NCBI GenBank assembly: GCA_054600435.1
Contig: BAAIJX010000014.1
Location: 62,001-126,000 of the forward strand
From: Neophaeotheca triangularis
Lineage: Eukaryota
Reading direction: 5' to 3'
DNA: 64,000 nucleotides
The notes below the pieces were generated by a model. The model ran no database searches, had not been told where the DNA came from, and was given only the letters and a program-made list of their open reading frames with translations. Below, piece after piece: positions 60,834-64,000 of this stretch; the first letter of the stretch is position 1, and every line of letters starts with the position of its first letter. A program made the position numbers and the translations under genes.

Positions 60834-62613
60834 TCACTGCCTCAACTCCACCCCAATACTCCACAAATACTCGCACCGATCCAACTGCTGCTGGGAAATC
60901 CCCTCCATCTGCGTCTCGCCCGTCTGGAACATGATGCGCTGGTAGCGGTCCGCTTGCGTCCACTCGCGCCATTGGGGACTACAACACGCGAATGCCTGTG
61001 TCAGTAAAAAGAATACCGGCAGCAGGAGTTGACGTGGGTGGTGGATTCTTACCTCCCGGGTGCACGCAGGGTATTGGGGTTCTTGGTGCGGATGAAGCTG
61101 GTCCAGTAGCCTTGGGCAACGGCTACGATGTCGTTGTTGATGCCGCCAGGTTGGTAGGAGTCGGGGGCGCCGCCGTTGGTGTTGGCCGGGCCGAAGATGG
61201 CGTTGACTTCGATGGTGTGGGAGACGCCTAGACCTGCGTGCACGGAGGGGGACTCGCAGTTAGCTTGGACTATGGTGAAAAGATGAGGGGGAAAGCGGAT
61301 TCGTTACCTTCTTCTTGCGCGGGCGGGTCAATGACGTTCCAGCGGTAGTTCCAGTTGCCGTAGACGCTGTAGTTGGCGTAAGTGTCTGAGATGAAGATTC
61401 CCGGGCACGTGTAGCGCATTTCGCCGTAGCCTTGGCTCAGCTGACGCCAGAAGCGGCCGCTGTTGGGGAACTCGGGAAAGTCTTCGACCGGGTACAGACT
61501 GTCCCAGACGCTGAGCTGCTCGGAGGTGATTAGGGGAAATTGGTCTTTGATGAAGACGTTGGAATCGTCGTAGCTATTTGTGTCTCGGGGAGTGAAGATG
61601 GTGCCTTCGTTTGTCGTATCGCCGGCGAGCGCCGGGACGTGAACGAAATTGCCGTTGGCGTAGGCGGAATAGGTTACTTGGCGGATGAAGTCGTCATCGA
61701 TGACAGGATTGTACATGTACAACGGCGGGTTTAGGGCTCCAGGGAAGGGGGTGTTGAAGTTGATGGCTTGGAGATCTGTCGCTGATAGGCTGCGGAGGCA
61801 GGATAGGGTGTCCCGGTAGGAAGACTCGCAGTTTGCCCGGGCAGCTAGGAGATCGTATTGGTATTGGGATTCGTCAACTGTTCGAACAGCGGCGAAAGAT
61901 TGTGATTCCGCTGCTGTAGCGTGAAAAAGGCCATCATCTCGTCCGCCATAAGCGGTGGATTGGAGGTTGATGCTTGCGGCACCGGCGCTGGCGCCCCCAA
62001 TGGTGACGTGGCCGCTATCCCCTCCAAAGAGATGAATGTATCTCTGCACCCATTCGAGGGCTTTACGCTGATCCTTGAGGCCATTGTTGACGCTTCCATC
62101 GTTGAGAACTTCCTGGCTAGCTAGAAATCCATAGGGACCGACACGATAGTTGATAGTGACGACGATCAGCTCCTTGTCGCCAGCTTCAACCAGTCCGGTG
62201 CCATTGTAGTTGGGATTGCTGTTCGCATTGAAGCCGCCACCCTGGATGAAGAAGAAGACGGGCAGTTTAGCATCCCAATTCGTCCCCGAGGGCGCGTACA
62301 CATTCAAGAACAGACAGTCTTCTTGCATATCGTCCGTAGGGGGCCCGGCGTTGGTCGCCAGACAAATCGGTCCCGGAACGTCCGCTCCGACGACATTTTG
62401 GTTGTAACCATGGCTTCCAGGCGGGTCTTGGGGCTCACGAAACCTCAAATCTCCCACGGGAGGCGCTGCGTAACGCACTCCGAGCCACTGCGTGATGCCA
62501 TTCTGCAGGGGAGTACCACGGTACGAGGTGTATCCTAGATGTACCAGTGGATCGACGGCGTGGACAGTCTGCCAAGTGAGACAGCCAGCTAGGAGCAGGT
62601 GAAGGGAATGCAT
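60834..62613 (-). CDS. Secreted type-B carboxylesterase/lipase, 3 exons
   Basis: Signal peptide, EDCLFLNV, IQGGG, NYRVGPYGF, GASAG, TNEG, VSHTIEV; introns ~61234-61307 and ~60979-61052; ends IGVELRQ. Confidence 0.9.
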
Positions 62614-63569
62614 TGTGAGGGAGTGTACGATGCGCTATGCAAGGAGGGACGACGGTACAGTGACAACAGTGACAAGGGAGGGGGGGAAGGGTATTACCTT
62701 GCTTTGATGTCCTGCGAACTTACTGCCCTTGCTCACCCTGTCCGTCTGAGACGGTCGCACTTGACCTACCGTCTCGTCTCACCATGACCCGTTATCCTCA
62801 ACTGCCTCAAGAAGGAAACCTTGGAAGGCAATCGTGCAGCGAACGCGGTTGCCCGGCGGAGATGTGGCTCCCAAGTCATCTGTCCCACGCACGAATCGGA
62901 GGACAAGTACGAGCTGACTAGGTAGGAAAAACGATGAGAACGAAGACAGATGCGCTGCCGTCGAGATGCGCGTGGTCATAGGTCATGGGGCGGCGATGGT
63001 CTCCGGAGATCTTCTCCAGATCTATGCGCGGAGGGGACAAGGGGAGGACGGATGCGTGCAAGCGGAGTGACGTTGGAGACAAGCAAGCGGTGTCGCTCGG
63101 CGGGGGCAAAGCCTAAACTGTTTAGGCTTCGGGGCTTTGTAAGATGGAGGTCTGTAGATATCGGGCAGCGAATCTGCTGGAGGTAAATTGACGACGACGT
63201 AAGTGCTTGCCGCTGGGTAGGGATTTGGAACCTGTGAAATAGAAACCTTTCAAAGGGAAGAGGATGGGCAAGCTCGTACGCTTGGCCAGCGCTTTGCCTC
63301 GCGTCAGTACTTGCGCCACTAGGTACCTAGCAGCATACCTAAGTACGTAGGTAAGTACCACTTTCAAAAGGAAGCAATCACAGCAGCCGAAAGAGCGAGA
63401 CCAAGAGCAAGAGCATGTGAAAGGGGCAGTCCCCTCGGCAAGCGTACTCCAAGTGGTGTTCAAGCCCAAAGCTCACGCAATCCTGTACTCTATCGATACA
63501 CTTGCTACAAGCCCTGCCCTTCCCTTCCCACGACCATCTCGTACAATAGTAATAACACGACCCTAAAAA

Positions 63570-63962
63570 ATGCAATCCTACAAGCGTCTGAAACATCCCA
63601 ACCCGAAACCCAGAAATGTTGAGCACCCCTCACGCCCCATTGCAGCACCAGCCGTGATGCCGCCAGAAGCCGAGTCGCTTCCCGATACGCCGCGCTCGAC
63701 AGTCGGGCAGCCGGTAGACTACGTCGGAAACGCCGGAAATAAGAAGGATCGTCTCAGGCAGGATGCGCGCATTGCTTAGGAGTTGTTGCGAAATGCCGCC
63801 CGTGAGGTGAGGGTTGCTGCGACCTCGATGAAGCGAAGCCTAGGCAAGCTGCCGGAGAACGCGCCGAGGAAGCCGATAAGAAGAAAGTTGATGGAGGAGA
63901 TTGAGGACCATGGAGACGGTGTTGTGAGAGTTCGGGTTGGCGAAAGTAGAAGTGCAGGGTGA
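63570..63962 (+). pseudogene. Small orphan ORF interrupted by one in-frame TAG (63777-63779)
   Basis: RLRQDARIA*ELLRNAAREVRVAATSMKRSLGKLPENAPRKPIRRKLMEEIED continues for 60 codons after the stop. Confidence 0.4.
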
Positions 63963-64000
63963 CGAGGTTGGATGCGGTTGCATTTGGAGCGGGTGGTGGT

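Noticed and set aside
10478..63779. Genome-wide TAG-to-Gln reassignment suggested by the in-frame TAGs
   Set aside because: Conserved genes here (ASN, UBC9, PEX19 after its CaaX motif, AGX1) end at TAG exactly where expected, and no core gene has an internal TAG.

Overview
Intron-containing eukaryotic DNA from a filamentous ascomycete (GT..CTRAY..YAG introns mostly 50-220 nt; a Dothideomycete origin is my inference, not verified). About 18 intact genes are visible: aldo-keto reductase, PCT1, PP2C (PTC2/3-like), CDC15/SepH kinase, CIA1, SOK1/TCP11-like, asparagine synthetase, CRAL-TRIO/RhoGAP, alanine-glyoxylate aminotransferase, two carboxylesterases, UBC9, PEX19, RidA-like, a fungal SLATT-like protein, an MFS transporter, COX VIIc and ELP1. 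There are also two intact hypothetical genes and four apparently disabled orphan ORFs. No transposon ORF, rRNA, tRNA or CRISPR array could be supported. Best leads: (1) the aminotransferase has a stacked N-terminus (CUG-initiated Arg-rich presequence, AUG-initiated PTS2, downstream AUG), suggesting mitochondrial, peroxisomal and cytosolic isoforms from one gene; (2) a tandem paralog pair of low-complexity proteins with a small Cys/Trp/His module, one copy broken by a single in-frame TAG aligned to Gln; (3) a 212-nt GC-AG intron in PP2C whose retention would remove the acidic tail; (4) repeated transition-type nonsense codons confined to orphan genes. All identifications are from reading the sequence and recalled motifs; no searches were run.
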